A stretch of DNA of 63,264 nt, taken from Octopus bimaculoides (Eukaryota). A program made the translations under genes and the position numbers. Below, piece after piece: positions 62,096 through 63,264 of the stretch. Location of the stretch: the NCBI RefSeq assembly GCF_001194135.2, contig NC_068984.1, positions 4,539,464-4,602,727 on the forward strand, written 5' to 3'. The stretch's first letter is position 1; each line of letters opens with the position of its first letter. Under the pieces are notes generated by a model. It worked only from the letters and a program-made list of their open reading frames with translations. It was not told the DNA's origin and searched no databases.

Positions 62096-62658
62096 TAAAT
62101 AAAATCCAGGATATAAAAGCATGTCTTTTATACCCAGGCCAGCACCACCCCACCATCAAAACTCATCTCTCTCCTCAATACCTCTACCCCTTCCCCACCC
62201 ATGCTCACCACTGCTTTATTCCCTCCCCCTCCATTCTCCCTCACATACTTACCTACACACGCTATATTTTTGTTGAATCCCTTCCCCACAACATATACTC
62301 CTAATATCCCCTCCCTCTACCTGTGCCCACTCACTCAATCCCCCTCTGCCAGCTCNNNNNNNNNNNNNNNNNNNNNNNNNNNNNNNNNNNNNNNNNNNNN
62401 NNNNNNNNNNNNNNNNNNNNNNNNNNNNNNNNNNNNNNNNNNNNNNNNNNNNNNNNNNNNNNNNNNNNNNNNNNNNNNNNNNNNNNNNNNNNNNNNNNNN
62501 NNNNNNNNNNNNNNNNNNNNNNNNNNNNNNNNNNNNNNNNNNNNNNNNNNNNNNNNNNNNNNNNNNNNNNNNNNNNNNNNNNNNNNNNNNNNNNNNNNNN
62601 NNNNNNNNNNNNNNNNNNNNNNNNNNNNNNNNNNNNNNNNNNNNNNNNNNNNNNNNNN

Positions 62659-62669
62659 CTCTCTCTCTT

Positions 62670-62739
<70 letters not shown>

Positions 62740-62745
62740 CTCTTA
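62659..62745. repeat. (CT)n microsatellite beside a 303-N gap
   Basis: Directly visible. Confidence 0.95.
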
Positions 62746-63264
62746 TCTCTGCTCCACTAGAAGTAGCCATGTTTCTCTTCTAATGCGAGACACCATTTCT
62801 GTCCCTCAGTACTTCTTTCCTCCTCGGTTGAGGGGTCATATGTAAGTCACACGCTGACCAAACTGCAGCAGAGGCTTCACTAAAAAACACCCTCCACACA
62901 CCTACCTATGAAATGGTTGGTGTTAGGAAAGGCATCCAGCTGTAGAAACAATGTCAGAGCAGACTGCAGAGCTTGGTACAATCTTCTGGTTTGCTAGTTC
63001 ACGTTAAACCATCCAACCCATGCCAGCATAGAAAACGGACGTTAAATGATGATGATCTCTCTCTCTCTCTCTCTCTCTGTATATATATATATATATATAT
63101 TTAATTATATGTATTTATTTTCTCCAAGTAAAAAATAACTCGGATAAAATAAATTGGTTAATAGGTACCGGGGTAGCAAAGATCAGAAAATAACCGTGGT
63201 GTAACTCCTGTTTATGAGGTAGAAACTCAATATGCGTTTAATCCATTCTTTAAATTTATATATA

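Noticed and set aside
62201-62845. Long ORFs spanning the N run
   Set aside because: Artefacts of translating through a 303-N gap and (CT)n.

Overview
AT-rich, microsatellite-laden eukaryotic scaffold with short N gaps. The KRAB-less tandem C2H2 genes, tRNA-derived SINEs and (GAT)n-tailed RTE LINEs point to an octopod cephalopod (inference). Four protein-coding genes are supported: two convergent tandem C2H2 zinc-finger genes (13111-14385 +, 12 distinct fingers; 21364-22584 -, 13 fingers), TMEM187 (39709-40512 +, single coding exon), and a three-exon RD3-family gene reconstructed by hand from splice sites (50610-50479, 48558-48304, 47389-47144; -, 210 aa). Most of the rest is transposon debris: mariner DD34D, an irritans-like fold-back mariner, maT DD37D, RTE, L1/Tx1 and Penelope relics, several SINE families and MITEs. 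The most striking observations are hammerhead ribozymes on the minus strand. One at 60077-60200 has an intact core, an 87-nt branched helix II and a potential 10-bp pseudoknot. A second, CpG-decayed Penelope-type hammerhead sits inside a tRNA-headed SINE in intron 1 of the RD3-like gene (49530-49831). Also notable are a dense NRF1/YY1/E2F/CRE-like motif cluster at ~27.1-27.3 kb and a decayed partial duplicate of TMEM187. Nothing was computed or searched; family calls rest on recognised motifs, and repeat boundaries are approximate.
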